Shown here: positions 28,221 through 37,350 of the stretch, piece after piece
How positions within the stretch are numbered: the stretch's first letter is position 1
How the letters are laid out: the number at the start of each line of letters is the position of its first letter
Virus record (IMG/VR): IMGVR_UViG_3300025127_006147
Location: 130,482-194,481 of that record
Length of the DNA: 64,000 bases
Strand: one strand, 5' to 3'
DNA from: a virus
Position numbers and translations under genes: made by a program
Notes under the pieces: model-generated
The model's input: only the letters and a program-made list of their open reading frames with translations
Database searches by the model: none
What the model was told of the DNA's origin: nothing

Positions 28221-28955
28221 ATGCCAAAGATATTTGAAGTAGGAGGTTGTGTTAGAGATGAACTATTAGGGGTTCACACTAATGATATTGATTTTACTTT
28301 TGTATTAGATGATATTAATCAGACAGTAGATGAAGGGTGGGAACAAATGTTAAATCACTTAAAATCCACAGGATTTAAAATATTTTTGGAGACAAAAGAT
28401 TGTTTTACTGTGAGAGCTAAGTTCCCAAAAGGACATCAACACGAAGGTCTAGTTGCAGATTTTGTAATGGCAAGAAAAGAAGTTGGTGTAATTCCTGGTA
28501 CTAGAAAACCAGTTCTTAGGTTGGGTACTTTAGAAGATGACTTAACTCGAAGAGATTTTACTCTTAACGCTTTAGCAAAAGATTTAGATGGTAACATTAT
28601 AGATTTATTTGACGGACAACTTCATTTGATTTTAAATTTGTTGATTACTCCCTTGGACCCAGTTACCACCTTTTTAGATGACCCTCTTCGTATGATTCGT
28701 GCACTCAGATTTCACATCACCAGAGGTTTCCAAATTCACGAAACTGTATGGGAAGCAATTTTTACTCCAGGTCTTATAGATAAATTGGAAGAAGTTGTTT
28801 CACAAGAACGAATTCAAGGGGAAGTTATTAAAATGATGAAACATGACACAGTAAGAACTTTACGATTGTTTTCTAAGATTGATAAAGCAGAACCTAGATT
28901 ATTAGAAATTATGTTTGGTGGTAACATGTGGCTACTACCAACAACTAAAAAATAA
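28221..28955 (+). CDS. cca: tRNA nucleotidyltransferase (class II CCA-adding/poly(A) polymerase family)
   Basis: VGGCVRD..LG...DIDF, DL.RRDFTLNALA, DLFDG, DDPLRMIRALRF, VSQERI..E. Confidence 0.88.
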   Translation: MPKIFEVGGCVRDELLGVHTNDIDFTFVLDDINQTVDEGWEQMLNHLKSTGFKIFLETKDCFTVRAKFPKGHQHEGLVADFVMARKEVGVIPGTRKPVLRLGTLEDDLTRRDFTLNALAKDLDGNIIDLFDGQLHLILNLLITPLDPVTTFLDDPLRMIRALRFHITRGFQIHETVWEAIFTPGLIDKLEEVVSQERIQGEVIKMMKHDTVRTLRLFSKIDKAEPRLLEIMFGGNMWLLPTTKK

Positions 28956-28969
28956 AAATGAGTAGATTT

Positions 28970-29200
28970 TTATCTACTTTTGAGATAGTCAGTTATTAAC
29001 TGTACCATTCCAGCATCAAAATATCTAGAATCAAACTCTGCTACTATTTCACTTGAGTCATCAGTTTCATGATATATCATATAACGAGGGTAATCAAAAG
29101 CGTCAGTGTATTCTACAACTAGTTCACCATCTTTATAGTCGGTTCTACTAATTTCATCAATACTAAACTCTCTTAATAGTTTTATAATTTGATTTCTCAT
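28970..29200 (-). CDS. small leader-tagged acidic protein
   Basis: MRNQIIKLLRE|F; TATTTAT 29217-29223 (minus). Confidence 0.6.
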   Translation of the reverse strand: MRNQIIKLLREFSIDEISRTDYKDGELVVEYTDAFDYPRYMIYHETDDSSEIVAEFDSRYFDAGMVQLITDYLKSR

Positions 29201-29240
29201 TTGATTTGTTTTATTAATAAATATTAATTACTTTTGAAAT

Positions 29241-29717
29241 ATGGATGAAATAATATATATAGTATCTTTTATAATTTTTTTGATAGGAATTTCGGGGTCA
29301 ATAGTTCCAGGAATACCAGGTCCCTTTATAAGTTATATGGGATTGGTTTTAATATACGGAACTACTGATTTTCCTGTGTCTACTGAAATGATGTGGATAC
29401 TAGGGTTCTTTATGTTATTATCTACTGTAGGTGACTATGTCTTACAGATATTAGGAGTCAAGAAGTTAGGTGGTGGTAAAAATGCCATTAGAGGTACAAT
29501 AATAGGTACCATAATTGGGTTATTAGTTCCGCCTGTAGGGATATTAATAGGTGCACTGATAGGTGCATTTATAGGTGCACAAAGTGAAACGGATAATGAT
29601 TCACAAGCTTTAAAAGTTGCTTTAGGTGCATTTGTTGGATTTGTTTTGGGTACTGTTGTCAAACTAGTTTACAGTATCTATATTATTTATTACGCAATTA
29701 CATTATTATGGATTTAG
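29241..29717 (+). CDS. DUF456 family membrane protein
   Basis: G..G.IVPGIPGP, VKKLGGGK.A..G.IIG, GALIGAFIG. Confidence 0.88.
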   Translation: MDEIIYIVSFIIFLIGISGSIVPGIPGPFISYMGLVLIYGTTDFPVSTEMMWILGFFMLLSTVGDYVLQILGVKKLGGGKNAIRGTIIGTIIGLLVPPVGILIGALIGAFIGAQSETDNDSQALKVALGAFVGFVLGTVVKLVYSIYIIYYAITLLWI

Positions 29718-30628
29718 GATACGCTTGTATAAACATGACCCTAAGTGGTCAAAAACCAAAAATTACTACAAATAGGTCAATGATTAAAAAAACCTTTTTA
29801 AGTAAGGGTATAGAATATGCTGGAGAACTAGCATTGTTAAATTGTACGGACCTATACAAAATTATACTTTGGAATGTAAAAAATGGAGTTAAATTTTTTA
29901 GAATATCTTCAGATATCTTTCCTTGGGCTTCTGAATACAATATAGAAGACCTACCACAATACGGGATGATTCAAACTATACTAAGTAGTTGTGGTCAGTA
30001 CGCTAAGGACAACGGTTTGAGACTCACTACACATCCAGGTCCATTCAATGTTCTAGTTTCACCCAGAGAACATGTAGTAAAAAATACTATAACTGATTTG
30101 ACCAATCATGGTAAAGTTTTTGATTTATTAGAACTAACACGTACACCTTATAATAAAATTAATATTCATTGTAATGGTGTCTACGGTGATAAAAAGGCAG
30201 CTATGGACCGATTCTGTGAAAACTTCAAATTATTACCTGAGTCAGTCCAGACTCGTCTTACAGTTGAAAATGATGACAAAGCGAGTATGTACTCAGTTAA
30301 AGACTTAATGTATATACATGAAAAGATAGGTATCCCAATAGTCTTTGACTATCACCACCACAAGTTTTGTACTGGAGGTCTTTCAGAACAAGAAGCTTTG
30401 GAATTGGCAATCTCTACATGGCCTACAGATATTACACCTGTGGTACATTATTCCGAATCTAAATCACTACATGAAAGTAATGAAAAAATAAAACCACAAG
30501 CACACTCCGACTATGTGGACAAGATACCAGATACCTATGGTCATGATGTGGATATTATGGTAGAAGCAAAAGCCAAAGAGTTATCAATATTAAAACATTT
30601 GAATTCACAACCTAGTTTAGTAATATAA
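29708..30628 (+). CDS. uvsE: UV-damage endonuclease UvdE/UvsE
   Basis: LGYACIN, FFRISS.IFP, RLTTHPGPFNVL.S, INIHCNG, RLTVENDDK, VFDYHHH, HYSE, MVEAKAKE. Confidence 0.92.
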   Translation: MDLGYACINMTLSGQKPKITTNRSMIKKTFLSKGIEYAGELALLNCTDLYKIILWNVKNGVKFFRISSDIFPWASEYNIEDLPQYGMIQTILSSCGQYAKDNGLRLTTHPGPFNVLVSPREHVVKNTITDLTNHGKVFDLLELTRTPYNKINIHCNGVYGDKKAAMDRFCENFKLLPESVQTRLTVENDDKASMYSVKDLMYIHEKIGIPIVFDYHHHKFCTGGLSEQEALELAISTWPTDITPVVHYSESKSLHESNEKIKPQAHSDYVDKIPDTYGHDVDIMVEAKAKELSILKHLNSQPSLVI

Positions 30629-30640
30629 TTTACAATTAAG

Positions 30641-30671
30641 TTTGTATTTTAAAATTATTTTTGTATATTTG
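30641..30671 (+). promoter_or_regulatory. Bacteroidota-type promoter
   Basis: TTTG 30641-30644, TATATTTG 30664-30671. Confidence 0.7.
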
Positions 30672-30705
30672 TATTGTTCAATTATTCACACTTAATACTT
30701 TTTAC

Positions 30706-31275
30706 ATGACAGACCAGGAGACAATACAAAAACTTAAAGACTATACAGGAGATAACGGATTTATTAAATCTGTACTAAACGGATACAATCGTTGGGGGAG
30801 ACTAACCCCAAAACAAATGGAAGCTGTTAAAAAGTTTTTTACCCCTAAAAAACCTAAAGGTACTATCAAACCTATTAAAGTTAATGTTGACCTTGTTTTA
30901 AAAAGGTATGTAGCAAGAGGAATTTCAGAAGAGTATGAACTAGGTAAAGTAACACCTATTACTGTTACTGTTTCTGAAATTAATGCACTTACTCCTAAAG
31001 CGGTAAGAGTGAAAGGAAAGATGACTTTTACTGATGTCGGATGTTGTCGTAATTGTGGGAGAGACTTAACCGACTGGATATCAAAAGCCTCAGGAATGGG
31101 ACCAGTATGTGCAAAATATTTAGGGATTAAAAGACCAACTACTAAAGCAGAAATTGCTGAGTTCAATAAAAACTTAAAAGAAAAAATCGAAGAAATGGGT
31201 GAGTTTGAATTTTGGATTCCTAAATCACATATTAAAAATGCGATGGGACATATGAAGTATATTCTTGAGTGTTAA
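30706..31275 (+). CDS. DUF6011-like Zn-finger protein
   Basis: CRNCGRDLTDWISKASGMGPVCAK. Start moved to ATG 30706 because the TTG at 30661 overlaps the promoter. Confidence 0.7.
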   Translation: MTDQETIQKLKDYTGDNGFIKSVLNGYNRWGRLTPKQMEAVKKFFTPKKPKGTIKPIKVNVDLVLKRYVARGISEEYELGKVTPITVTVSEINALTPKAVRVKGKMTFTDVGCCRNCGRDLTDWISKASGMGPVCAKYLGIKRPTTKAEIAEFNKNLKEKIEEMGEFEFWIPKSHIKNAMGHMKYILEC

Positions 31276-31282
31276 GAACTAC

Positions 31283-31307
31283 ATGGGACTTCGGTCCCAT
31301 TTTTTTT
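31283..31307 (+). terminator. intrinsic terminator
   Basis: ATGGGAC-TTCG-GTCCCAT plus T7. Confidence 0.9.
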
Positions 31308-31351
31308 GCATTAGACTTTTCTTAACTGTTATTATTTAGTATAATTACAAT

Positions 31352-32494
31352 ATGGATAAAAGAATTGTAGAAATATTAAATAAAGAAAAAAATAGACAAT
31401 CTAATACTATTGAACTAATCGCAAGTGAGAACTTTGTTTCTGATTCTATTATGGAGTTAACGGGTTCTATATTCACTAACAAATATGCTGAGGGTTATCC
31501 TAGTAAAAGATACTATAATGGGTGTGAACACATGGACGAAATAGAAAATCTCGCAATTGAAGAACTTAAAAAGTTATACAAATGTAATTTTGCTAATGTA
31601 CAACCCCATTGTGGTGCAAATGCTAACACAGCGGTATTTCAAGCATTTTTAAAACCTGGTGATACTATATTGGGAATGGATTTAGCCAGTGGAGGACATT
31701 TGTCCCATGGTAGTAAACCAAATATATCGGGTAAAGTATACGATGCTCATTCATATGGTGTCGATAAAAATGGTTATTTAAATTATGACGACATAAAGAC
31801 TAAAGCATTAGAAGTTAAACCTAAAATGATTATAGCTGGTGCCAGTGCTTATTCAAGAGTAATAGACTGGAAAAAGTTTAGGAACATAGCTGATGAAGTA
31901 GGTGCAACTTTACTAGTAGATATGGCTCATTATTCTGGTCTTATTGCGGGTGGAGAGTATCCTAATCCAGTCCCATATGCAGATGTAGTAACATCGACGA
32001 CTCACAAAACTTTAAGAGGACCAAGAGGGGGAATTATAATATGGAATAACTCAGATTATTCAAAAAGGATAAATGGAGCTATATTCCCAGGAACCCAAGG
32101 TGGACCTCTCATGCATATAATCGCTGCAAAAGCACAATGTTTTATAGAAGCAAATAAACCAGAATTTAAAGATTATTGTTTTTTGGTAAAACAAAATGCA
32201 AAATATATGTGTGATGTTTTTAAAGAAAACAATATACCAATTTTAACAGACGGTACGGATTCACATTTAATTTTAATTGATTTATCAAATAAAAAATATA
32301 GTGGACGAGTAATTGCGGACAGATTAGAAGAAAATGGGATAACACTCAATAAGAATGGTATACCTAATGACCCAAGAAGTTTTATAGAAACAAGTGGTAT
32401 TAGAATTGGTACTGCTGCTGAAACAACTAGAGGTAGAAATAAGGATTGGTTTATACAATTAGCTAAAAGAATAAGTAAAATAATAAATAATTAA
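31352..32494 (+). CDS. glyA: serine hydroxymethyltransferase
   Basis: IELIASENF, NKYAEGYP..RYY.GC, GGHLSHG, DMAH.SGL, TSTTHKTLRGPRGG, SGIRIGT. Confidence 0.95.
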   Translation: MDKRIVEILNKEKNRQSNTIELIASENFVSDSIMELTGSIFTNKYAEGYPSKRYYNGCEHMDEIENLAIEELKKLYKCNFANVQPHCGANANTAVFQAFLKPGDTILGMDLASGGHLSHGSKPNISGKVYDAHSYGVDKNGYLNYDDIKTKALEVKPKMIIAGASAYSRVIDWKKFRNIADEVGATLLVDMAHYSGLIAGGEYPNPVPYADVVTSTTHKTLRGPRGGIIIWNNSDYSKRINGAIFPGTQGGPLMHIIAAKAQCFIEANKPEFKDYCFLVKQNAKYMCDVFKENNIPILTDGTDSHLILIDLSNKKYSGRVIADRLEENGITLNKNGIPNDPRSFIETSGIRIGTAAETTRGRNKDWFIQLAKRISKIINN

Positions 32495-32496
32495 GT

Positions 32497-32880
32497 ATGA
32501 ATTATCACGAAGACGACAGAGCACAAAGATTGTTAGATGTATTTCCTTTAGAAAAAGGACAAATTAATATTAGTTATATAAACTCAACAGAACATATAGT
32601 TGCGTGGCACAAACATGAAAAACAAACTGACTATTGGATTTGTTTAAAAGGAAGTTTAAAAGTTGGTTGGGCTACAGAAGAAGATGGGTGTGAGTTTAAG
32701 TACCTATCAGATAAAAATCCCCAAGTACTAGAAATACCACCAGGAATATATCATGGTTATAAAGCTTTAGAACCCGGGACTATTCTAGCATATTATGTTA
32801 CTAGAAAGTATGACCCAACAGATGAACACAGAGCAAACATTGGTGATTTTGGTGAGGAATGGAAAACAGAAAATAAATAA
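32497..32880 (+). CDS. cupin, dTDP-sugar epimerase/isomerase (RmlC/FdtA-like)
   Basis: AWHKH..QTD, LEIPPGIYHGY. Confidence 0.75.
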   Translation: MNYHEDDRAQRLLDVFPLEKGQINISYINSTEHIVAWHKHEKQTDYWICLKGSLKVGWATEEDGCEFKYLSDKNPQVLEIPPGIYHGYKALEPGTILAYYVTRKYDPTDEHRANIGDFGEEWKTENK

Positions 32881-32885
32881 AAAAT

Positions 32886-33554
32886 ATGAAAGATAATATA
32901 ATTAAAGATTTTAGTTTATACGCTAGAAGTATGAAAAACCCTATAAGTTCTACCACTTTGTGGGATTATGAAAATGCCTTAACTCCTTACATATTAGAAG
33001 AAAGGGAAATGAGAGCAACACAAATGGATATTTTTTCTAGATTAATGATGGAAAGAATAATATGGTTGTCTGGTCCAGTGATGGATATAACAGCACAAGT
33101 ATTACAAGCACAAATAATGTACTTAGATACAATTAATGATGACGACATTACATTACATATAGATTCTCCTGGTGGTTCAGTAAAAGCTGGTTTAGGTATC
33201 GTAGATGTAATGGAATATGTCAAATGTGATATCAGAACTTTAAATACTGGTATGGCAGCATCAATGGGTTCAGTACTATTAGGTGTGGGAACTAAAGGTA
33301 AAAGAAGTTCTTTACGTTACAGTAAAACAATGTTACATCAGTCTAGTGGTGGTGCGGTTGGTAATATCCAAGACGCTCGTATTACTATGGATGAATGGGA
33401 AAAAACTAATAAGATTTTATTTGAAATCTTAGGTAAAGCTTGTGGGAAAACAGCAAAAAGAGTAGAAAAAGACGCTCAAAGGGACTTGTGGTTAGATGCA
33501 AAACAAGCATTAGACTATGGAATAATCGATGAAATAATTCAAAAAAGAAGTTAA
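32886..33554 (+). CDS. clpP: Clp protease proteolytic subunit
   Basis: DIFSRL..ERII, IDSPGGSV, GMAASMGS, MLHQ, RDLWL.A..A..YGIID. Confidence 0.92.
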   Translation: MKDNIIKDFSLYARSMKNPISSTTLWDYENALTPYILEEREMRATQMDIFSRLMMERIIWLSGPVMDITAQVLQAQIMYLDTINDDDITLHIDSPGGSVKAGLGIVDVMEYVKCDIRTLNTGMAASMGSVLLGVGTKGKRSSLRYSKTMLHQSSGGAVGNIQDARITMDEWEKTNKILFEILGKACGKTAKRVEKDAQRDLWLDAKQALDYGIIDEIIQKRS

Positions 33555-33555
33555 A

Positions 33556-34158
33556 ATGAAAAAAGAACCAATTTGGGGAAGTAAGGGAGAAGAAGAATCT
33601 AACGCTTCCAGTAATAGTAATAACCAGATTACAAATGTAGATAACCATATCTATTTTTATTCAGAAGTAGAAAGACCTAAGATGTTAGAATTAAATAAGA
33701 AACTAAATGAGTTAGATGTAAAACTTCAAACCACTAGTTTAAAGTTAGGCACAGAATTACCTAAAATTTATCTTCACATTAATTCATATGGTGGTAGTAT
33801 TTTTGCTGGACTTTCAACCCTGGACACGATTAGAAATACTAAATGTGAAGTTGTTACAATTATCGAAGGATGTGCGGCTAGTGCAGGTACAATGATAAGT
33901 GTTGTGGGTAAAGAAAGATACATGCATAAACATGCTTACATGTTAATACATCAGTTAAGTGCTGGTAGTTGGGGTAAGTATTCAGACCTTGTTGATGATA
34001 TGGAAAACAATACAAGGTTAATGGAAATGATAAAAAAATTATATAAAGAATATACAAAAGTACCAGATAAAGAATTAGATGAAATTCTTAAACACGATTT
34101 ATGGTGGGATGCTGAAAAATGTTTAGAATATGGTTTAGTAGATAAAATTTTAGATTAA
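33556..34158 (+). CDS. second, divergent ClpP-family protease
   Basis: INSYGGSIFAG, GCAASAGT, LIHQLS, DLWWDAE.CL.YGLVD. Confidence 0.85.
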   Translation: MKKEPIWGSKGEEESNASSNSNNQITNVDNHIYFYSEVERPKMLELNKKLNELDVKLQTTSLKLGTELPKIYLHINSYGGSIFAGLSTLDTIRNTKCEVVTIIEGCAASAGTMISVVGKERYMHKHAYMLIHQLSAGSWGKYSDLVDDMENNTRLMEMIKKLYKEYTKVPDKELDEILKHDLWWDAEKCLEYGLVDKILD

Positions 34159-35061
34159 ATGAAAAAAGTAATTGTAACTGGAGGGGCAGGATTTATAGGT
34201 TCTCACATAGTAGATGAATTAATTAAAATGGGAGTACAAGTTACCATTATAGATAACTTCTCTACAGGTAAAGAAGAAAATGTTAATAAAGCAGCATATT
34301 GTTGGAAACAAGATTTGACTACTATAGATATTGAATACTTAACTAAATTCATGGAAGGTGTTGATACAGTTTTTCATTTAGCTGCGTTACCTAGGGTACA
34401 ACCTTCAATAGATGAACCTATTGAGTATCACAATGTAAATGTTACAGTCACACATAATTTATTAGTTGCTGCTAAAAATGCTGATGTTAAAAAGTTTGTA
34501 TTCAGTTCTTCAAGTTCGGTATATGGTGACGCTAAAAGGTTCCCAACACCCGAAGAGTACCCACTTAATCCAATCTCACCCTATGCAATGCATAAATTAA
34601 TGGGTGAACAATACTGTAAATTATTTAGTACATTGTACGGTATGAACACAGTTTCACTTAGGTATTTTAATGTTTACGGGGATAGAATGTCATTGGATGG
34701 TGCATACAGACTAGCAATCCCGATATTTGCTTCTCAAATCAAAGAAGGTAAACCTTGTACTATTAATAATGACGGAAACCAAAAAAGAGATTACGTTAAT
34801 GTAAAAGATGTTGTTAAAGCTAACATAATGGTAGCTACTACAGATAAGTTATTTAAAGGTGATGTTTTTAACATTGGAAATGGTACTAATGTGTCCGTTA
34901 ACGAATTAGTAGATATGATGGGTGGTGAAAAATCCTATGGTAATGAAGTGATAGAACCCTTCCAAACTTTAGCTGATACCTCTAAAATTGATTTAGAATT
35001 AGACTGGAGACCGTCTACTAGCTTAAATCAATGGATAAAAAAATACATAAAATCTCTTTAA
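34159..35061 (+). CDS. NAD-dependent nucleotide-sugar epimerase/dehydratase (SDR)
   Basis: TGGAGFIGSH, FHLAA, SSSSVYG, YAMHK (YxxxK), LRYFNVYG, RDYVNV. Confidence 0.92.
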   Translation: MKKVIVTGGAGFIGSHIVDELIKMGVQVTIIDNFSTGKEENVNKAAYCWKQDLTTIDIEYLTKFMEGVDTVFHLAALPRVQPSIDEPIEYHNVNVTVTHNLLVAAKNADVKKFVFSSSSSVYGDAKRFPTPEEYPLNPISPYAMHKLMGEQYCKLFSTLYGMNTVSLRYFNVYGDRMSLDGAYRLAIPIFASQIKEGKPCTINNDGNQKRDYVNVKDVVKANIMVATTDKLFKGDVFNIGNGTNVSVNELVDMMGGEKSYGNEVIEPFQTLADTSKIDLELDWRPSTSLNQWIKKYIKSL

Positions 35062-35062
35062 A

Positions 35063-35527
35063 ATGTTTGATAGATATATAAAATTTTTAGATAAAATAGT
35101 AGAAAAATTTAATAATAAAGATAAGATATTAGGGTTTTTAAAATCCAATAAATGGAAAATAATAATATTTTTCTTTTTATTTAAAACTATTGAAACAATG
35201 TATGTAGTTTATGATAGGGGACATTGTATTAATTGTGAAATTGTAACTAAAGAAAAAATAGAAAGTCTTGAAGGTGATACTGAAAAGTTAATAGAGTTTA
35301 CCAATCAAGAATTAGTATTCGTACCATACACTAACATTAAAACTTACTTAATAGACCTTATAATACCACTTATTTTAAACCTAGGAACTATGTTCATAGG
35401 ACTTTCAATAATTTATGTTTTATATATGATAAGTATAAAATTACTTAAGGCTTTGAGAGTTAGGGTAAACGAAAAAATAAAAAACCGAATGGAAGAAGAA
35501 TTAAAAAAACAACAAAGAAAAAAATGA
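35063..35527 (+). CDS. membrane protein
   Basis: Two hydrophobic segments. Confidence 0.65.
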   Translation: MFDRYIKFLDKIVEKFNNKDKILGFLKSNKWKIIIFFFLFKTIETMYVVYDRGHCINCEIVTKEKIESLEGDTEKLIEFTNQELVFVPYTNIKTYLIDLIIPLILNLGTMFIGLSIIYVLYMISIKLLKALRVRVNEKIKNRMEEELKKQQRKK

Positions 35528-36027
35528 AATACGGAGGACTTAAGTTAACTAACAAAGAAATAAAAAAAAGAAGAAAAAAAGCTGATAAATACTTTGCTTC
35601 ATTAGGTATTAATCCTGACACTAAAGGTAATATGCATCAAGAAAGAATCTTAGATAGAAAACCAGTTTATAAACCTAAAGGAGATGTTGCAAATGCACAA
35701 TCTATGATTGAGGTGGATTGTTATTTATTCTATACCCATATTGAAATAACAATGCAAGTGGGAGATGACACTTATGTTTTTTACGGGAACTCTGGTGGTG
35801 TAGGACTTCCTGGAGGAATGACCCAAGTAGGTAATACAACCTATAATGATTTAGATACTTTACTAGCAACTACAACTTTTGGTGTGTTCTTTGCTGGTGA
35901 TGAAGGAGGTGCAGTTGAAATAACTTGGGGTAGTCATGGTAATTGTGTTGGTGCGGGTACAGCAGATTGTTTCCCTTGTTGTGCGGGGTCTTTTGGTGGT
36001 AGTGGTAACTGGGTTAAAAAAAATTAA
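35524..36027 (+). CDS. VapA/VapB-family (Rhodococcus virulence-associated) beta-barrel-like protein
   Basis: FYGNSGGVGLPG, NDLDTL and terminal GGSGNW parallel the Vap core as I recall it (F.GD.GG...PG, NDLQRL, GGGSGSW). Confidence 0.6.
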   Translation: MKYGGLKLTNKEIKKRRKKADKYFASLGINPDTKGNMHQERILDRKPVYKPKGDVANAQSMIEVDCYLFYTHIEITMQVGDDTYVFYGNSGGVGLPGGMTQVGNTTYNDLDTLLATTTFGVFFAGDEGGAVEITWGSHGNCVGAGTADCFPCCAGSFGGSGNWVKKN

Positions 36028-36039
36028 AAAATAAAAGAA

Positions 36040-36456
36040 ATGAGAATAATAACTGAACACGGAGACATGATAATTTCATTATATGATGAAACTCCTATAA
36101 CTACTAAAAATTTTAAAAATTTAGTTAATAATAATTTTTATAAAGATTTAAATTTCCATAGAGTCATTCCAGGTTTTGTAGTACAAGGAGGATGTCCAAA
36201 CGGTAACGGTTCAGGTGGACCAGGTTATAATATAAAATGTGAATGTGATAGTGAAAAACAGTATCATGATAAAGGTATATTGTCTATGGCACACAGAGGT
36301 AAAGATACTGGTGGTTCACAATTCTTTATTTGTCTTAATAGACACACCACAGAACATTTAGATGGGCTACATACGTGTTTTGGAAAAATAGTAAAAGGTA
36401 TAGAAATACTTGACAAAATAAAACAAGGTGATAAATTTAGTGTAGTAAAAAAATAG
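36040..36456 (+). CDS. cyclophilin-type peptidyl-prolyl isomerase
   Basis: FHRVIPGFVVQGG, GPGY, LSMAH.GKDTGGSQFFI, HLDG.HT.FG. Confidence 0.93.
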   Translation: MRIITEHGDMIISLYDETPITTKNFKNLVNNNFYKDLNFHRVIPGFVVQGGCPNGNGSGGPGYNIKCECDSEKQYHDKGILSMAHRGKDTGGSQFFICLNRHTTEHLDGLHTCFGKIVKGIEILDKIKQGDKFSVVKK

Positions 36457-36459
36457 ATT

Positions 36460-36957
36460 ATGGAGAAACCTGAAATTTTTATGTATACAATGCCAACCTG
36501 TGGTTATTGTGCAAAAATGAAACAAGAATTAAATGAGGCTGGTGTCTCATACATTGAAAGAGATTATAAAGAGTATAAAGAAGATTGGGACCATATTAAA
36601 TCCCTAACTAGAAGTGCTGTATTCCCAACCTTTACTGTAGGTAATGAGTATCTCATCCCCAATAGAGATTTTAATAGTCCACAAGAAGCGATACAGTCGT
36701 TACAGTATTACCAGACTGTAAAACATAGAGCACAAACAATTGAAGATGTGGTAGAACTTGTTAAAAATAATATGTACATGACAAAAATGTTAGTTGATAA
36801 AGTAGATGTTATTCTACAAAAACTCCAAAAAGAAGAAGAACAAAAAAAACATTTTGAAGAGTTACAAAAAAGAAGACGAGAGAGTGTAGAAAAAAATAAA
36901 AAAATGGCAGAGTCTCTAAAATTAAAAAGACAAGGTTTAGACCCTTCTGATTTATAA
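36460..36957 (+). CDS. glutaredoxin-like domain plus coiled coil
   Basis: CGYC, VFPT. Confidence 0.75.
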   Translation: MEKPEIFMYTMPTCGYCAKMKQELNEAGVSYIERDYKEYKEDWDHIKSLTRSAVFPTFTVGNEYLIPNRDFNSPQEAIQSLQYYQTVKHRAQTIEDVVELVKNNMYMTKMLVDKVDVILQKLQKEEEQKKHFEELQKRRRESVEKNKKMAESLKLKRQGLDPSDL

Positions 36958-36973
36958 ATAAGTATTTATTTAC

Positions 36974-37111
36974 ATGAAAGTACATGTACCCATGATTATA
37001 AGACATTTAACCAGTAACCAATTACTAGTTGCGGTACCTGATTACCCCAGACCCTTAGTTATGTCATATGAACAATTCGAAAGAGAACAAAGAAAATACG
37101 GACAACATTAA
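36974..37111 (+). CDS. 45-aa hypothetical protein (not in ORF track)
   Basis: TATTTAT 36963-36969 then ATG; MKVHVPMIIRH...KYGQH*. Confidence 0.45.
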   Translation: MKVHVPMIIRHLTSNQLLVAVPDYPRPLVMSYEQFEREQRKYGQH

Positions 37112-37331
37112 ATCACTTGAAAATCAAAATAAAATATTTGATAAAATAGTAGAGTGTATTCTTAAAGACCAAATTAAAGAGAGGTCAGACCTTAAACTTT
37201 TTGGTATCACCGAACCACAACTACAAAAAGAAGTTTTGTGGGCACTTTTTGAAGAAAAGGTGGTTACTACAGAAAACAAAAAAGAAAAACATAGATTAAT
37301 CAATAAATTTCATAGAGCGAATCTTCTATAG
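37068..37331 (+). CDS. hypothetical protein
   Basis: 87-aa ORF; LKLFG segment resembles FKLFG in the downstream polyprotein. Confidence 0.55.
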   Translation: MNNSKENKENTDNIKSLENQNKIFDKIVECILKDQIKERSDLKLFGITEPQLQKEVLWALFEEKVVTTENKKEKHRLINKFHRANLL

Positions 37332-37350
37332 TCTCAGATATTTATGATTA

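Noticed and set aside
2909-36456. Bacterial chromosome, suggested by many housekeeping genes
   Set aside because: The genes are isolated from their pathways and mixed with phage-typical families (DUF3310, DUF932, PcfJ, lysozyme, small hypotheticals), with no host operon structure.
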